Shown here one piece after another: positions 11,372-24,400 of a DNA stretch of 64,000 bases. Under the pieces are notes generated by a model, which saw only the letters and a program-made list of their open reading frames with translations, did not search any database and was not told the DNA's origin. The position numbers and the translations under genes are program-made. Where the stretch lies: contig CACGED010000004.1 in assembly GCA_902571975.1 (NCBI GenBank), forward strand, positions 394-64,393, in the 5' to 3' direction. The DNA comes from an uncultured Pelagibacteraceae bacterium. GTDB taxonomy: Bacteria; Pseudomonadota; Alphaproteobacteria; Pelagibacterales; Pelagibacteraceae. How positions within the stretch are numbered: the first letter of the stretch is position 1; every line of letters starts with the position of its first letter.

Positions 11372-12205
11372 TTACGCTCTTTTCTTCTTTCTTCTTCTTA
11401 TAATGAATTTATCTGTTCTTTTATTATCTCTGGTTTTTAACCCTTTTGCTGATTGACCTGTTGGTGATACCGGGTGTCTACCACCTGCTGACTTACCTTC
11501 ACCACCACCATGAGGGTGGTCCACTGGGTTTTTAACAACTCCTCTTGTGTGTGGTCTTATACCTAACCATCTGGATCTACCTGCTTTTCCTATTTTAATA
11601 TTTTTTTGATCAGGATTAGAAAGTACACCAATTGTTGCCATTGAATTTGAATTAATTTTTCTCACTTCTCCAGAGGTCATTTTTATAATTGAATAATTTC
11701 CATCTATACCTGAAATTGATACTGATGTTCCCGCTGATCTAGCAATTTTACCTCCCCCACCTGGGTTTATTTCTACATTATGAATGTCTATACCAACCGG
11801 AATATCTTTTAACGGTAAACAGTTACCAGTTTTTATTTCAGAGTTTGATCCGTTTTGAATTTTATCTCCAATTTTAATATCTTTAGGGGCTAAATAGTAG
11901 AATCTTTCATTATCATCAAATTTTACAAGCATAATATGGCATGATCTATTTGGATCGTACTCAATTCTTTCTACCTCAGCTGAAATATTTAATTTTTTTC
12001 TATGAAAATCAATTTGTCTATATTTATGTTTATGACCTCCTCCATGGTTTCTAGATGTAATTCTCCCATAATTATTTCTACCTTTAGATGAATTGTTTGG
12101 TGAAGTTAAGTTTTTATAAGGTTTACCTTTCCATAAACCATCTCTATTTACCAAGATGGTTCCTCTTGTTGATTTTGTATAAGGTTTAAATGTTTTTAGC
12201 GCCAT
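11372..12205 (-). CDS. rplB: 50S ribosomal protein L2
   Basis: IEYDPNRS, NPVDHPHGGGEG. Confidence 0.99.
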   Translation of the reverse strand: MALKTFKPYTKSTRGTILVNRDGLWKGKPYKNLTSPNNSSKGRNNYGRITSRNHGGGHKHKYRQIDFHRKKLNISAEVERIEYDPNRSCHIMLVKFDDNERFYYLAPKDIKIGDKIQNGSNSEIKTGNCLPLKDIPVGIDIHNVEINPGGGGKIARSAGTSVSISGIDGNYSIIKMTSGEVRKINSNSMATIGVLSNPDQKNIKIGKAGRSRWLGIRPHTRGVVKNPVDHPHGGGEGKSAGGRHPVSPTGQSAKGLKTRDNKRTDKFIIRRRKKKRA

Positions 12206-12208
12206 TTC

Positions 12209-12502
12209 TTAAATTCCAGTTGTAAGGTCAATATTTTGACCTTTTTTTAATGTTATAATTGCTTTTTTAAAACCTTTAACTCTCACTTTTTTTCCTCTAG
12301 TGATTTTAATTCTTGTTTTTTTATTAATTATATTAACTTTAGTTACATTTACTTTAAAAATTTTTTCTATGTTGGTTTTAATATTTTTCTTATTTGCGTT
12401 AACATTTACCTTAAATATAATTTTATTTTGTTCTGAAAGATTTGTAGACTTTTCTGTAACCAGTGGTGATATTATTTTGTCGTATAAATATAACTTTTCC
12501 AT
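12209..12502 (-). CDS. rplW: 50S ribosomal protein L23
   Basis: PLVTEKS, KKAIITL. Confidence 0.96.
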   Translation of the reverse strand: MEKLYLYDKIISPLVTEKSTNLSEQNKIIFKVNVNANKKNIKTNIEKIFKVNVTKVNIINKKTRIKITRGKKVRVKGFKKAIITLKKGQNIDLTTGI

Positions 12503-12505
12503 ATC

Positions 12506-13126
12506 TTAATACCTTTTTTCCAATTCTTTAATTGATGTTTCTGTAAAAACTATTTTTTTAAATTTTGCAAGGTCATAAGCGCTAAAGTGATTAACATCAG
12601 TTATTTTAACATTTGGAATATTTCTTATAGATTTAAAAATGTTGTCTTTAGATTTCTTATCGGCAATTATTATTGAGTTTTTTGCCTTAAATTTTATCAA
12701 AATATTATTCATTTCCTTAGTTTTTGATATTACATTTTGAAAATCATCTAAAATTATCAAATCTTTTAATTTATTTTTTTTTGTTATTATTGATGCAATG
12801 CTTAATTTTTTTTCACTTTTATTTAGTTTTCTTTTTTTATAACTTAGTTCGCCCTTTGGACCATGGGCCACACCACCACCAACAAATATTGGTGCTTTTT
12901 TGCTAGCATGTCTGGCATTACCTGTTCCCTTTTGGGCGTATATTTTAGAAGTAGAACCAGTAATTTCGTTTTTTTGTTTTGTTTTTGCTTTTCTACCTTT
13001 GTAGTTAGCATTTGTTTTATATAAAACATGACTAACTAACTTTTCATTAACTCTAGCAGCTACTATTTTTTCAGAAATATCAATAGTATCTTTTTTACCA
13101 TCTATGTTTAGTTTATCTATTTTCAT
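12506..13126 (-). CDS. rplD: 50S ribosomal protein L4
   Basis: QKGTGNARH, GGGVAHGPK. Confidence 0.97.
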   Translation of the reverse strand: MKIDKLNIDGKKDTIDISEKIVAARVNEKLVSHVLYKTNANYKGRKAKTKQKNEITGSTSKIYAQKGTGNARHASKKAPIFVGGGVAHGPKGELSYKKRKLNKSEKKLSIASIITKKNKLKDLIILDDFQNVISKTKEMNNILIKFKAKNSIIIADKKSKDNIFKSIRNIPNVKITDVNHFSAYDLAKFKKIVFTETSIKELEKRY

Positions 13127-13836
13127 TATTTATTTTTTTTATCTTTAGATTTTTTGGATTTTTCCAATATTTCTATTTTTTCAGTAATTGTTAATTTATT
13201 GATATTTTTTACAGCTTTTTTAAGCATTACTTCTGAATTTTTTGATCCTGGGATTGATCCTTTCAAATAAATTAATTCGTTATCAATATCTGTCTTCACA
13301 ATTTCAAGGTTCTGCATTGATCTCATTTTATCACCCATATGTCCTGCCATTTTTTTTCCTTTAAAGACTTTTCCTGGATCTTGATTTTGTCCAGTAGACC
13401 CATGTGCTCTATGAGATATTGAAACTCCATGAGATGCTCTTAAACCTCCAAAATTATGTCTCTTCATTGCTCCTGCAAAACCTTTTCCTATAGTTTTTGA
13501 TCTTACATCTAAAAATTTAATATCCTTAAAAATTTCAATTCCAAATTCATTGCCTTCTTTGTATTGATCAAGATCTTTGACTCTAAATTCTTTTAATATT
13601 TTCTTTGCTTCTGTATTTTTTTTTGAAAAATATCCTTTCATTGCTTTTGATAGTTTAGAATTTTTAATTTTTCCAAAACCAAGCTGTATAGCATTGTATC
13701 CTCTAGTCTCTTTATTTATTAGCTGAATGACTCTTCCTTTTTCAACCTTTAAAACTGTAACTGGAACCGATTGACCAGATTTTATAAACTCTCTAGTCAT
13801 ACCTATCTTTTTACCAATTAATCCAATCTCACTCAT
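13126..13836 (-). CDS. rplC: 50S ribosomal protein L3
   Basis: [30 protein letters not shown]. Confidence 0.98.
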   Translation of the reverse strand: MSEIGLIGKKIGMTREFIKSGQSVPVTVLKVEKGRVIQLINKETRGYNAIQLGFGKIKNSKLSKAMKGYFSKKNTEAKKILKEFRVKDLDQYKEGNEFGIEIFKDIKFLDVRSKTIGKGFAGAMKRHNFGGLRASHGVSISHRAHGSTGQNQDPGKVFKGKKMAGHMGDKMRSMQNLEIVKTDIDNELIYLKGSIPGSKNSEVMLKKAVKNINKLTITEKIEILEKSKKSKDKKNK

Positions 13837-14144
13837 TATATTTTTATCTCTACATCTACACCAGATGCCAAGTCTAATTTCATTAAGGCTTCAACAGTTG
13901 CTGGTGTTGGTTCTATTATATCAATTAATCTTTTGTGTGTTCTTGTCTCGAATTGTTCTCTACTTTTTTTATCAATATGAGGAGACCTTAGTACAGTATA
14001 TCTCTCTATTTTTGTTGGTAGAGGGATTGGACCTTTTATGTTTGCCCCAGTTCTTTTTACCGTATTAACTATTTCTTCAGTTGACTGGTCTAGAACCTTG
14101 TTATCGTATGCTCTTAGTTTTATTCTAATATTTTGCTTTTCCAT
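13836..14144 (-). CDS. rpsJ: 30S ribosomal protein S10
   Basis: [30 protein letters not shown]. Confidence 0.99.
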   Translation of the reverse strand: MEKQNIRIKLRAYDNKVLDQSTEEIVNTVKRTGANIKGPIPLPTKIERYTVLRSPHIDKKSREQFETRTHKRLIDIIEPTPATVEALMKLDLASGVDVEIKI

Positions 14145-14146
14145 AG

Positions 14147-16222
14147 TTATCCTGTTTTTTTTGTAACCTCATCTTGAACATTTTGTGGGACTTTATCATA
14201 ATGATCGAAAAACATTGAGTATTGAGCTCTACCTTGAGACATTGATCGTAAATTATTTATATAACCAAACATGTTAGCTAAGGGCACCATAGCAGTTATT
14301 ACCGTTGCATTTCCTCTTTGCTCTTGTGTACTTATTTGTCCTCTTCTACTATTTAAATCTCCTATAACATCACCCATATAATCTTCTGGTGTAACTACCT
14401 CTACTCTCATTATAGGCTCTAAAAGTTTTAAAGTTGCTTTTGTACATGCTTCCTTGAAACATTGTCTTGATGCTAATTCAAATGCTAAAACACTCGAGTC
14501 AACATCGTGATGTAATCCATCTACAATTGTAACTTTATAATCAATAAGTGGAAATCCTGCCAAAATTCCTCCATCAGCTACAGTTTCAACTCCTTTTTCT
14601 ACGCCAGGAATAAACTCTTTTGGAATTGCACCACCTTTAATTTTACTTTCAATTTCTCTACCTTTTCCAGGCTCTAATGGTTCTACTGTTAACTTAACCC
14701 TTGCAAACTGTCCTGCTCCTCCACTTTGTTTTTTGTGGGTATAATCATTTTCTGCTGTTGAGAGTATAGTTTCTCTGTAGGCAACTTGTGGTGCTCCTAC
14801 ATTAGCTTCCACTTTAAATTCTCTTTTCATCCTATCAACGATTATATCCAGATGAAGTTCACCCATACCTTTTATTATAGTTTGACCTGACTCTTCATCT
14901 GATGTTACTCTAAAAGAAGGATCTTCCTTAGCCAATCTTCCAAGTGCTTCACCCATTTTTTCTTGATCAGCTTTTGTTTTCGGTTCGACTGCAATTTCTA
15001 TCACTGGATCCGGAAATTCCATTGGTTCAAGTAAAACAGGCATATCTTTATTTGCAAGTGTATGTCCAGTAATCGTATTTTTTAAACCTGCAAGCGCAAC
15101 TATATCTCCTGCATTAGCCTCTTTTATATCTTCTCTTGAATTAGCGTGCATCAATAGCATTCGACCAACTCTTTCTTCTTTATCTTTAGAAGAATTGTAT
15201 ATTCCTGTTCCTGATTTAACTGTTCCAGAGTAAATTCTAATAAATGTTAAGCTCCCAACAAAAGGATCATTTGCAACTTTAAATGCTAATGCAGAAAAGG
15301 GTGCACTATCATCAAATTTCATCTCAATTTCTTCGTCAGATCCAGGTTTAGTTCCTTTTATAAATCCTATATCATTTGGACTTGGTAAATAATTTACAAC
15401 AGCATCTAATAATGGTTGTACACCTTTATTTTTAAATGCTGATCCAGTTAGTACAGGTACAAAATCAAAACCTAAACATCCTTTTCTAATACATTTTATA
15501 AGATCCTCCTCTGATATATCTTTACCACCAAGGTAATTTTCCATTAGCTGTTCATCTTGTTCAACAGCTGTTTCAACTAGTTCTTGACGATATTTTTTAG
15601 AAATCTCTTTTAAATCTTCAGGTATATCTACTAATTCCCAAGCTGCGCCTAGATCTTCATTTTTCCAAACCACAGCTTTCATTTTAATAAGATCTACAAC
15701 GCCCTTTAATGAAGCTTCAACACCAATAGGTACCTGCATTACTAACGGTTTTGCTCCAAGTCGCTCTTTAATCATGTCTACACATCTAAAAAAATTTGCT
15801 CCAGTTCTATCTAATTTGTTTACAAAGCAAATTCTCGGAACTTTATATTTATCAGCCTGCCTCCAGACAGTTTCTGATTGAGGTTCTACACCTGCAACAC
15901 CATCGAATACTGCAACTGCACCGTCTAATACTTTTAAAGATCTTTCAACTTCTATAGTAAAATCTACGTGACCTGGTGTATCTATAATATTAATTCTGTG
16001 ATCATTCCAAAAACAAGTGGTTGCGGCGGATGTAATAGTAATTCCTCTTTCTTGTTCTTGTTCCATCCAATCCATAGTTGCTGCACCGTCATGTACTTCA
16101 CCTATTTTGTGACTTTTTCCAGTGTAGTAAAGAATTCTTTCTGTAGTAGTAGTTTTTCCAGCATCAATATGAGCCATGATACCAATATTTCTGTATTTAT
16201 CTAAAGTATGTGTTCTTGACAT
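14147..16222 (-). CDS. fusA: Elongation factor G
   Basis: [29 protein letters not shown]. Confidence 0.99.
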   Translation of the reverse strand: MSRTHTLDKYRNIGIMAHIDAGKTTTTERILYYTGKSHKIGEVHDGAATMDWMEQEQERGITITSAATTCFWNDHRINIIDTPGHVDFTIEVERSLKVLDGAVAVFDGVAGVEPQSETVWRQADKYKVPRICFVNKLDRTGANFFRCVDMIKERLGAKPLVMQVPIGVEASLKGVVDLIKMKAVVWKNEDLGAAWELVDIPEDLKEISKKYRQELVETAVEQDEQLMENYLGGKDISEEDLIKCIRKGCLGFDFVPVLTGSAFKNKGVQPLLDAVVNYLPSPNDIGFIKGTKPGSDEEIEMKFDDSAPFSALAFKVANDPFVGSLTFIRIYSGTVKSGTGIYNSSKDKEERVGRMLLMHANSREDIKEANAGDIVALAGLKNTITGHTLANKDMPVLLEPMEFPDPVIEIAVEPKTKADQEKMGEALGRLAKEDPSFRVTSDEESGQTIIKGMGELHLDIIVDRMKREFKVEANVGAPQVAYRETILSTAENDYTHKKQSGGAGQFARVKLTVEPLEPGKGREIESKIKGGAIPKEFIPGVEKGVETVADGGILAGFPLIDYKVTIVDGLHHDVDSSVLAFELASRQCFKEACTKATLKLLEPIMRVEVVTPEDYMGDVIGDLNSRRGQISTQEQRGNATVITAMVPLANMFGYINNLRSMSQGRAQYSMFFDHYDKVPQNVQDEVTKKTG

Positions 16223-16228
16223 ATTAAA

Positions 16229-16699
16229 TTACCATCTAAAGTGAGCAAAAGCTTTGTTAGACTCTGCCATTTTATGAGTATCTTCTTTTTTTTTAATTGC
16301 AGATCCTTTGTTTTGATAAGCATCATAAATCTCATTAAATATTTTATCTGACATTTTTTTATCTTTACGCTTTCTTGATGCATCAATAAGCCATCTAAGA
16401 GCTAACGCTTGAGATCTTTTTGATTTTACCTCAACTGGTACCTGATAGGTAGCACCACCAACTCTTCTTGATCTTACTTCAACAGTTGGTCTTATATTAT
16501 TTATTGCATCATTAAAAACATTTAGAGGTTCATCTTTTGATTTGGACTTAATTTTTTCAATTGCATCATAAATAATCTTTTCAGCAATTGTTTTTTTTCC
16601 ATCGTACATTATTGAATTTATCAACTTAGGAATTACTGTAGATTTATACTTCGGATCTATAACAGCTAATTTTTTTGGTGCTTTTCTTTTTCTAGACAT
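16229..16699 (-). CDS. rpsG: 30S ribosomal protein S7
   Basis: RRVGGATYQVP, HKMAESNKAFAHFRW. Confidence 0.99.
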   Translation of the reverse strand: MSRKRKAPKKLAVIDPKYKSTVIPKLINSIMYDGKKTIAEKIIYDAIEKIKSKSKDEPLNVFNDAINNIRPTVEVRSRRVGGATYQVPVEVKSKRSQALALRWLIDASRKRKDKKMSDKIFNEIYDAYQNKGSAIKKKEDTHKMAESNKAFAHFRW

Positions 16700-16702
16700 T
16701 TG

Positions 16703-17074
16703 TTATTTGCTTTTTTTTGTTCCATACAAAGAACGTCTTTGTTTCCTATTTGCAACTCCTTGGGTGTCCAAATTACCTCTAAGAATATGATAACGAACGC
16801 CTGGCAGATCTTTTACCCTACCGCCTCTAATTAAAACAACTGAGTGTTCTTGTAAATTATGTCCTTCTCCTGGAATATAAGCAGTAACTTCAAAACCATT
16901 TGACAATCTAACACGAGCAACTTTTCTTAAAGCTGAATTTGGTTTTTTTGGAGTTGTAGTATAAACTTTTACACACACTCCTCTTTTTAAAGGTTGCTTT
17001 TGTAAAGCAGGAACTTTATTTCTTGTTAACTGTTTAACTCTACTTTTTCTAACTAACTGGTTTATAGTCGGCAT
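16703..17074 (-). CDS. rpsL: 30S ribosomal protein S12
   Basis: [27 protein letters not shown]. Confidence 0.99.
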   Translation of the reverse strand: MPTINQLVRKSRVKQLTRNKVPALQKQPLKRGVCVKVYTTTPKKPNSALRKVARVRLSNGFEVTAYIPGEGHNLQEHSVVLIRGGRVKDLPGVRYHILRGNLDTQGVANRKQRRSLYGTKKSK

Positions 17075-17113
17075 AATTAAATTTTGTTAATAATGTATTT
17101 TTGATGAAATAAC

Positions 17114-17177
17114 TGACATGTTATTTGTGGCAGCGTTTAGTGATCTAGTCACTACATTCCAACCAAAAACATGGCCA
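17114..17177 (-). ncRNA. Putative structured rpsL leader RNA
   Basis: Interrupted hairpin in the rpoC-rpsL spacer: CATGTT/AACATG outer stem, TAGTGA-TCTAG-TCACTA inner stem (17138-17154). An rpsL 5' leader motif is known in Pelagibacter/Rickettsiales. TTGACA lies upstream at 17199-17204 on the minus strand. Confidence 0.5.
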
Positions 17178-17232
17178 AAATACATTAGAAATTGTATTTG
17201 TCAAACTAAATTAAGTGAAAAAAGTATTAAAT

Positions 17233-20200
17233 TTATTGGTTTATTTGAGCTTCAGAGACTTCTTTGCTTTCTTGCTCCGATAAAAATTTCTGATCATCAT
17301 CAATTGCTTTTTTATTCCAATTATTTTTAATAGACCCAGTTCCTGCAGGTACTAACCTACCAACAATAACGTTTTCTTTTAAACCTGTAAGTTTATCGAC
17401 TTTCCCTTTAATAGCTGCATCAGTTAGGACTCTTGTAGTTTCTTGGAAAGATGCTGCAGAAATAAATGATTCAGTTTGTAACGAGGCTTTTGTTATACCC
17501 ATTAGCACTCTTTCACCAACAGCAGGTTTTTTACCTTCAGCTAATAATTCTTCATTCATAGTCTCAAATTTTATTCTATCTAATATTTCTCCTGGTAACC
17601 ATTTACTATCACCGGTCTCTTTTACCTCAATTTTCTTTAGCATTTGTCTTAAGATAGTTTCGATGTGCTTGTCATTAATAATAACACCTTGAAGTCTATA
17701 AACATCTTGTACTTGATTTACAAAATATTCAGTTAATTCTTCTATACCTAATATTCTTAAAATATCATGTGGTAGGGGTTGTCCATCTAGTAAGTATTCA
17801 CCTTTTTTAATTTTTTCACCTTGGTTAAAATTAATATGTTTACCTTTTGGAATTAAGTAGCTTGATGTATCACCATTTTCAGCTTCTATGGTAACTCTTT
17901 GTTTGCCTCTAACTTCTTTACCAAAAATAACACTACCATCATTCTCTGCAATAATAGCGCTATCTTTTGCTTTTCTTGCTTCAAACAGCTCTGCAACTCT
18001 TGGTAGTCCACCAGTGATATCTTTTGTTTTTGTTGTTTCTTTTGGTAATCTTGCAATAACATCTCCAGCTGAAATTTTTGCACCATCTTTCACAGATAAA
18101 ATTGAGTCTGGTACTAAATAATATCTAGCTTCATTGTCATCAGCTTTTTTAATTACATTTCCTTTTGCATCTCTCAATGTTATTCTTGGTTTAAGATCAG
18201 TATTTTTTGATTGAGTTTTCCAATCAACAACTGCTTTAGTAGAAATACCAGTTGCATCATCCACAGTTTCAGCAATCGAAACTCCATCAATTAAATCAAC
18301 ATAATTTGCAATACCATCTTTTTCAGCAATAACGGGGGTTGTGTAGGGATCCCATTCACAAATTTTTGCACCTTTTTTAATTTTTTGTTCATTTTCAAAA
18401 AATAGTTTTGATCCATACGGAACTTTATATGATGCAACTTGTAGACCATTATCATCTTCAATAGATATTTCTGTATTTCTACCCATAACAATTTGATTAT
18501 TTTTTGAGTCTTTAATTAAATTTGTATTAACAATTTTCAGAGTTCCCTCTGAATTTGATACTATTTGTGACTCTTGTTTTACTGAAGCTGTTCCACCAAC
18601 GTGAAAAGTTCTCATAGTTAGCTGAGTTCCTGGTTCACCAATTGATTGTGCAGATATCATACCTATTGCTTCACCAACATGGACCATTTTTCCTCTAGAT
18701 AGATCTCTTCCATAACATGTGGCACATACACCTTCTTTTGAACTACAAGTCATAACTGAGTAAACATTTAATGTTTTAACACCTGCTGCATCAATTTTTT
18801 CACATGCAGCCTCATCTATCATTTCCTCTTTTTTAATTATTATTTCACCTGAAAGTGGGTTCTTAACATTGGTCGCCGTAACTCTACCTAATGCTCTTTC
18901 AGATAGACTTACCATAATATTTCCACCTTCTAGAACCTCTGTAAGTTTTATATAACCTGGATTATCACATTTTTTTTTTGTAATTGTTAAATCTTGTGCA
19001 ACATCGCACAATCTTCTAGTCAAATAACCAGAGCTTGCAGTTTTAAGGGCGGTATCAGCCAACCCTTTTCTGGCACCATGTGTTGAATTAAAATACTCAA
19101 GTGCTGTAAGACCTTCTTTAAAGTTAGATGTTATTGGCGTTTCAATAATTTCACCTGATGGTTTAGCAATCAAACCTCTCATACCAGCTAATTGTTTCAT
19201 TTGCGCTGCTGAACCTCTGGCACCGCTGTCTGCCATCATAAATACTGAATTAATTTTTAATCCTTCGTCTGTTACTTCAGTTGCTGAAATTCTTTTCATC
19301 ATTTCTGACGCAACTCTATCTGTACATTTAGACCATGCATCAATAACTTTGTTGTATTTTTCACCTCTTGTTATTAAACCTTCTGCATATTGACCTTCAT
19401 AATCAGCAATAAGTTTTTTAGTCTCATCTATTAATTGCTCTTTATTATCAGGTATTAAAAGGTCGTCTTTTCCAAATGAAATTCCAGCCTTAAACGCATG
19501 TTTAAAACCAATATCTTTTAATTTATCACAAAATATTACAGTACTCTTTTGACCTGAAAATCTAAATACATGATCAATAACCTCGGAAACTATTTTTTTT
19601 GGTAACAATCTATCAATTAAAGAAAACTTATTATTTACATTTTTTGGAATTATATTCGATAATAGAAATCTTCCTGCAGTACTTATATATTTTTCAAACT
19701 TAGTATTTCCTTTTTCATCTACAGTTTCAAATCGAGAGACGATTCTTGAATGTACTTTTATTTGTCCTGTTTCTAGTGCATGTTCTATTTCAGAATTGTT
19801 CACAAAGTACCCTTCCACTCTTTCTGTTTGAATTGGTGGTTGTGACAAATAATAGATACCTAAGATCATATCCTGACTCGGAACTATAATAGGCTTTCCA
19901 TTAGATGGACTTAAAATATTATTTGTCGACATCATCAATACTCTTGCTTCTAACTGAGCTTCTAAACTTAAAGGTACGTGAACCGCCATTTGATCACCAT
20001 CAAAATCAGCGTTAAATGCAGCACAAGTCAAAGGATGGAGCTCAATTGCATTACCCTCAATAAGTTTTGGTTCGAAAGCTTGAACACCCAATCTGTGAAG
20101 TGTTGGTGCTCTATTTAATATCACAGGATGTTCTCTAACTATTAACTCTAAAGCATCCCATACTTCATTTCTTTCTTTTTCAACTAATTTTTTAGCTTGT

Positions 20201-21396
20201 TTTATAGTTGAGGCTAGACCTAATTTATTTAATCTTGCATAAAGAAATGGTTTAAATAATTCTAAAGCCATTTTCTTAGGTAGTCCACATTCATGCAATT
20301 TAAGATCTGGGCCAACAACAATTACAGATCTTCCTGAATAATCTACTCTTTTTCCTAATAAATTCTGTCTAAATCTACCTTGCTTACCTTTTAACATCTC
20401 AGCAAGAGATTTTAGAGGTCTTTTTCCAGTTCCTGTAATTACTCTTCCTCTTCTTCCGTTATCAAAAAGTGCATCAACTGACTCTTGCAACATTCTTTTT
20501 TCATTTCTAACGATAATATCTGGTGCCTTTAAGTCTATTAGTCTTTTTAATCTATTATTTCTATTTATCACTCTCCTATACAAATCATTCAAATCAGAAG
20601 TAGCAAATCGACCACCATCTAAAGGTACAAGTGGCCTTAATTCTGGTGGAATAACCGGAACTGTGGTTAATATCATCCACTCTGGCTTATTTCCTGTTTC
20701 GATAAATGATTCAATTAATTTTAATCTTTTAATTGATCTTTCTTCGTTAACTTTTGATTTTGTTTCTTTAATATTTTTAATAAGAAGGTCTCTTTCTTCC
20801 TCTAAATTTATAGATTTAAGAATTTCTAGTATGGCCTCAGCACCTATTCCAGCTGTAAATGCTTCTTCACCGTAATCATCTTGATATTTTATTAATTCTT
20901 CTTCTCCTAACAATTGATTTTTCTTTAGCCCAGTTAAACCTGGTTCAATAACTATGAAATTTTCAAAATATAAAACTCTTTCAACCTCTTTAAGTTTCAT
21001 ATCAACAACTAGAGAAATTCTACTAGGCAAAGATTTAAGAAACCAAATGTGTGCAACAGGTGTTGCTAGGTTTATATGCCCCATTCTTTCTCTACGCACA
21101 TTAGATTTAGTAACCTCCACCCCACATTTTTCACAAATTATTCCTCTGAATTTCATTCTTTTGTACTTACCACAAAGGCATTCATAATCTTTGATTGGTC
21201 CAAATATTCTTGCACAAAAAAGTCCGTCTTTTTCAGGTCTAAAAGTTCTATAATTTATTGTTTCGGGTTTTTTTATTTCACCAAATGTCCATGATTTTAT
21301 TTTTTCAGGACTTGCTAATGTTATTTTTATGCTATTAAAATTTTGTGCTTCAGATATTTCTGATGATTTAAATAAATCTGATAGTTCTTTACTCAT
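17233..21396 (-). CDS. rpoC: RNA polymerase beta' subunit
   Basis: NADFDGD active-site motif, N-terminal Zn finger. Confidence 0.99.
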   Translation of the reverse strand: MSKELSDLFKSSEISEAQNFNSIKITLASPEKIKSWTFGEIKKPETINYRTFRPEKDGLFCARIFGPIKDYECLCGKYKRMKFRGIICEKCGVEVTKSNVRRERMGHINLATPVAHIWFLKSLPSRISLVVDMKLKEVERVLYFENFIVIEPGLTGLKKNQLLGEEELIKYQDDYGEEAFTAGIGAEAILEILKSINLEEERDLLIKNIKETKSKVNEERSIKRLKLIESFIETGNKPEWMILTTVPVIPPELRPLVPLDGGRFATSDLNDLYRRVINRNNRLKRLIDLKAPDIIVRNEKRMLQESVDALFDNGRRGRVITGTGKRPLKSLAEMLKGKQGRFRQNLLGKRVDYSGRSVIVVGPDLKLHECGLPKKMALELFKPFLYARLNKLGLASTIKQAKKLVEKERNEVWDALELIVREHPVILNRAPTLHRLGVQAFEPKLIEGNAIELHPLTCAAFNADFDGDQMAVHVPLSLEAQLEARVLMMSTNNILSPSNGKPIIVPSQDMILGIYYLSQPPIQTERVEGYFVNNSEIEHALETGQIKVHSRIVSRFETVDEKGNTKFEKYISTAGRFLLSNIIPKNVNNKFSLIDRLLPKKIVSEVIDHVFRFSGQKSTVIFCDKLKDIGFKHAFKAGISFGKDDLLIPDNKEQLIDETKKLIADYEGQYAEGLITRGEKYNKVIDAWSKCTDRVASEMMKRISATEVTDEGLKINSVFMMADSGARGSAAQMKQLAGMRGLIAKPSGEIIETPITSNFKEGLTALEYFNSTHGARKGLADTALKTASSGYLTRRLCDVAQDLTITKKKCDNPGYIKLTEVLEGGNIMVSLSERALGRVTATNVKNPLSGEIIIKKEEMIDEAACEKIDAAGVKTLNVYSVMTCSSKEGVCATCYGRDLSRGKMVHVGEAIGMISAQSIGEPGTQLTMRTFHVGGTASVKQESQIVSNSEGTLKIVNTNLIKDSKNNQIVMGRNTEISIEDDNGLQVASYKVPYGSKLFFENEQKIKKGAKICEWDPYTTPVIAEKDGIANYVDLIDGVSIAETVDDATGISTKAVVDWKTQSKNTDLKPRITLRDAKGNVIKKADDNEARYYLVPDSILSVKDGAKISAGDVIARLPKETTKTKDITGGLPRVAELFEARKAKDSAIIAENDGSVIFGKEVRGKQRVTIEAENGDTSSYLIPKGKHINFNQGEKIKKGEYLLDGQPLPHDILRILGIEELTEYFVNQVQDVYRLQGVIINDKHIETILRQMLKKIEVKETGDSKWLPGEILDRIKFETMNEELLAEGKKPAVGERVLMGITKASLQTESFISAASFQETTRVLTDAAIKGKVDKLTGLKENVIVGRLVPAGTGSIKNNWNKKAIDDDQKFLSEQESKEVSEAQINQ

Positions 21397-21400
21397 ATTA

Positions 21401-24400
21401 TTAATTTAACTCCACATTTAGCGCTAATGATTTTATTTCTTTTACTAATACATTGAATGATTCTGGTATTCCAGATTCAAAATTTTCCTCGCCTTTAACA
21501 ATTGTTTCATATACCTTAACTCTACCTGCGACATCATCAGATTTTACAGTCAATATTTCTTGAAGTGTATAAGATGCTCCATATGCCTCCAAAGCCCAAA
21601 CTTCCATTTCCCCAAACCTTTGTCCACCCAGCTGAGCCTTTCCTCCTAATGGTTGCTGTGTAACCAAGCTATAAGGTCCAGTTGATCTAGCATGTATTTT
21701 GTCTTCTACTAAATGATGCAGTTTAAGCATATAAATAATTCCTACTGTAACTGGTCTATCAAACTTCTCTCCTGTTCTACCATCCCATAATTCTGTTTGT
21801 CCGGAATTTGGTAAGTTTGCTAAATCAAGCATTTTAGTCACGTCTGCTTCTTTAGCACCATCAAATACAGGTGTAGCTATAGGGACTCCATTTTGAATGT
21901 TTTGACACAGATCATTAAACTCTGTGTTTGATAACCCATCAATATTTTCAGAATAAACTTCCTCTCCATAAACAGATTTCAAAAAATTTGAAATTTTTTC
22001 ATCTTTCTCAATTTTTTTTTGGTTTTGATTTATTAAGTCAGTCAACTGCTCTCCAAGCTCTTTACATGACCAACCTAGATGAGTTTCTAATATCTGCCCT
22101 ACATTCATTCTACTTGGTACACCTAGTGGATTTAATACTATATCAACTGGTTTACCATTTTCTCTATACGGCATATCCTCCACAGGAACAATTTTACTTA
22201 CGACACCTTTATTTCCATGCCTACCAGACATTTTATCTCCAGGTCGTAGTCTTCTTTTTATAGCAACAAAAACTTTAACCATTTTCATTACGCTTGGTAA
22301 TAAATCATCACCTTGTCTTATTTTAAGAACCTTGTCTTCAAATCTATCCTGAATATCTTTTTTTGCTTTATCGTACTGCGATCTTAATTGAAGTAATGCT
22401 TCAGTTTTCTTGCCATCCTCTATTGAAATTTTAAATAAATCAGACATTGTAAGTTGAAAAATTGTTTCATCATTAAGATTAAAACCAGCTTCAATATTTT
22501 TAATTTTTTTAAGTAATTTAGTATTATTTAAAATTGACGAAGCTCTTTGCTTAATACTTCTCTCTAATATTTCTTCCTCTACGTTTTTGTCTTGTTGAAC
22601 ACTTTCTATCTCTGATCTTTCTATAGTAATTGATCTTTCATCCTTTTCTATTCCATGTCTATTAAAAACTCTTACGTCAACTACAATTCCACCACTACCA
22701 CTCGGCATTTTAAGTGAAGTATCAGTTACATCTATTGCCTTTTCACCAAATATTGACCTTAATAATTTTTCCTCTGGACCAGAAGCTGAATCTCCTTTCG
22801 GTGTAACTTTGCCAACCAATATATCTCCTGGCTTGACCTCTGCTCCTATATAAACAACACCTGACTCATCAAGATTTTTTAGAGCTTCTTCATTTATATT
22901 GGGAATATCTCTTGTAATATCTTCTTCTCCGAGTTTAGTGTCTCTTGCCATTACCTCATACTCTTCGATATGTATCGAAGTGAAAACATCGTCTGTAACA
23001 CATCTTTCTGATATCAAAATGGAGTCTTCAAAATTGTATCCTTGCCAAGGCATAAAGGCAACGGTCACATTTTTTCCTAACGCCAATTCTCCAGTTTTAG
23101 TTGAAGGTCCATCTGCAATAATATCACCAGATTTTACTTTATCTCCAACTCTCACTAATGGCTTCTGGTTTATGCATGTATTCTGGTTTGATCTTTTAAA
23201 TTTTTGTAAGTTATAGATATCTACACCTGACTGTGAATAATCTTTTTCATTTGAGGCTTTTATTACAATTCTTTTTCCATCAATTTTGTCAACAATACCC
23301 TCTCTTCTTGCAACGATTGTAACACCAGAATCTAAAGCAACATCACTTTCTATTCCAGTTCCCACTAAAGGTGCCTCAGGTTTTAAAAGTGGAACTGCTT
23401 GTCTCATCATGTTAGATCCCATCAGCGCTCTATTTGCATCATCATTCTCTAAAAAAGGTATCAAAGATGCTGCAACAGAAACAAGCTGTTTAGGTGATAC
23501 ATCTATGTAGTCAATATTTTCTGGTTTTGATAAAATAAAATCTAAATTTGCTCTGCTTGAAACTAAATCTTCAACAAACTTTCCATTTTTATCCAATAAA
23601 GAATTTGCTTGTGCAATTGTAAATTTGGTTTCCTCCATCGCTGAAAGATATTCAATTTTATCTTGAACAATCCCATTTTCTACTTTCTTATACGGACTCT
23701 CAATAAAACCATATTTATTAATTTTTGAATATGTAGATAAACTATTTATTAATCCGATATTCGGTCCTTCTGGTGTCTCAATTGGACAAATACGACCATA
23801 ATGAGTTGGGTGAACATCTCTAACCTCAAATCCTGCTCTTTCTCTGGTTAGCCCTCCTGGTCCCAATGCTGAAACTCTTCTCTTGTGTGTAATTTCAGAT
23901 AAAGGATTTGTTTGATCCATAAACTGGGATAGCTGTGAAGTTGCAAAAAAATCTTTCAATGAAATTGTTAAGGGTTTGGCATTAATTAAATCTTGAGGCA
24001 TTGCAGATTCAACATCTAGTGTAGTCATTTTTTCTTTGATGGCTCTTTCCATTCTATAAACACCTATTCTTGCTTGATTTTCAACTAATTCACCTACTGA
24101 TCTTACGCGTCTGTTTCCTAAATGGTCAATATCATCAACTTCATCTTTACCATCTCTTAAATCTAGCATTTTTTTTACTATTGCAAGGATATCATCATTT
24201 CTTAATATTGTAATTTTGTCAGAACAAATTAAATTTAACCTCGAGTTCATCTTAACTCTACCAACATCAGACAAATCATATCTATCAGAACTAAAAAATA
24301 AATTGTTAAATATTTGAGTTGCAATTTCTATTGTTGGTGGCTCACCAGGTCTTAATATTTTATAAATTTCTGTTATTGCATCATTTTTGTTTTCATTTTT

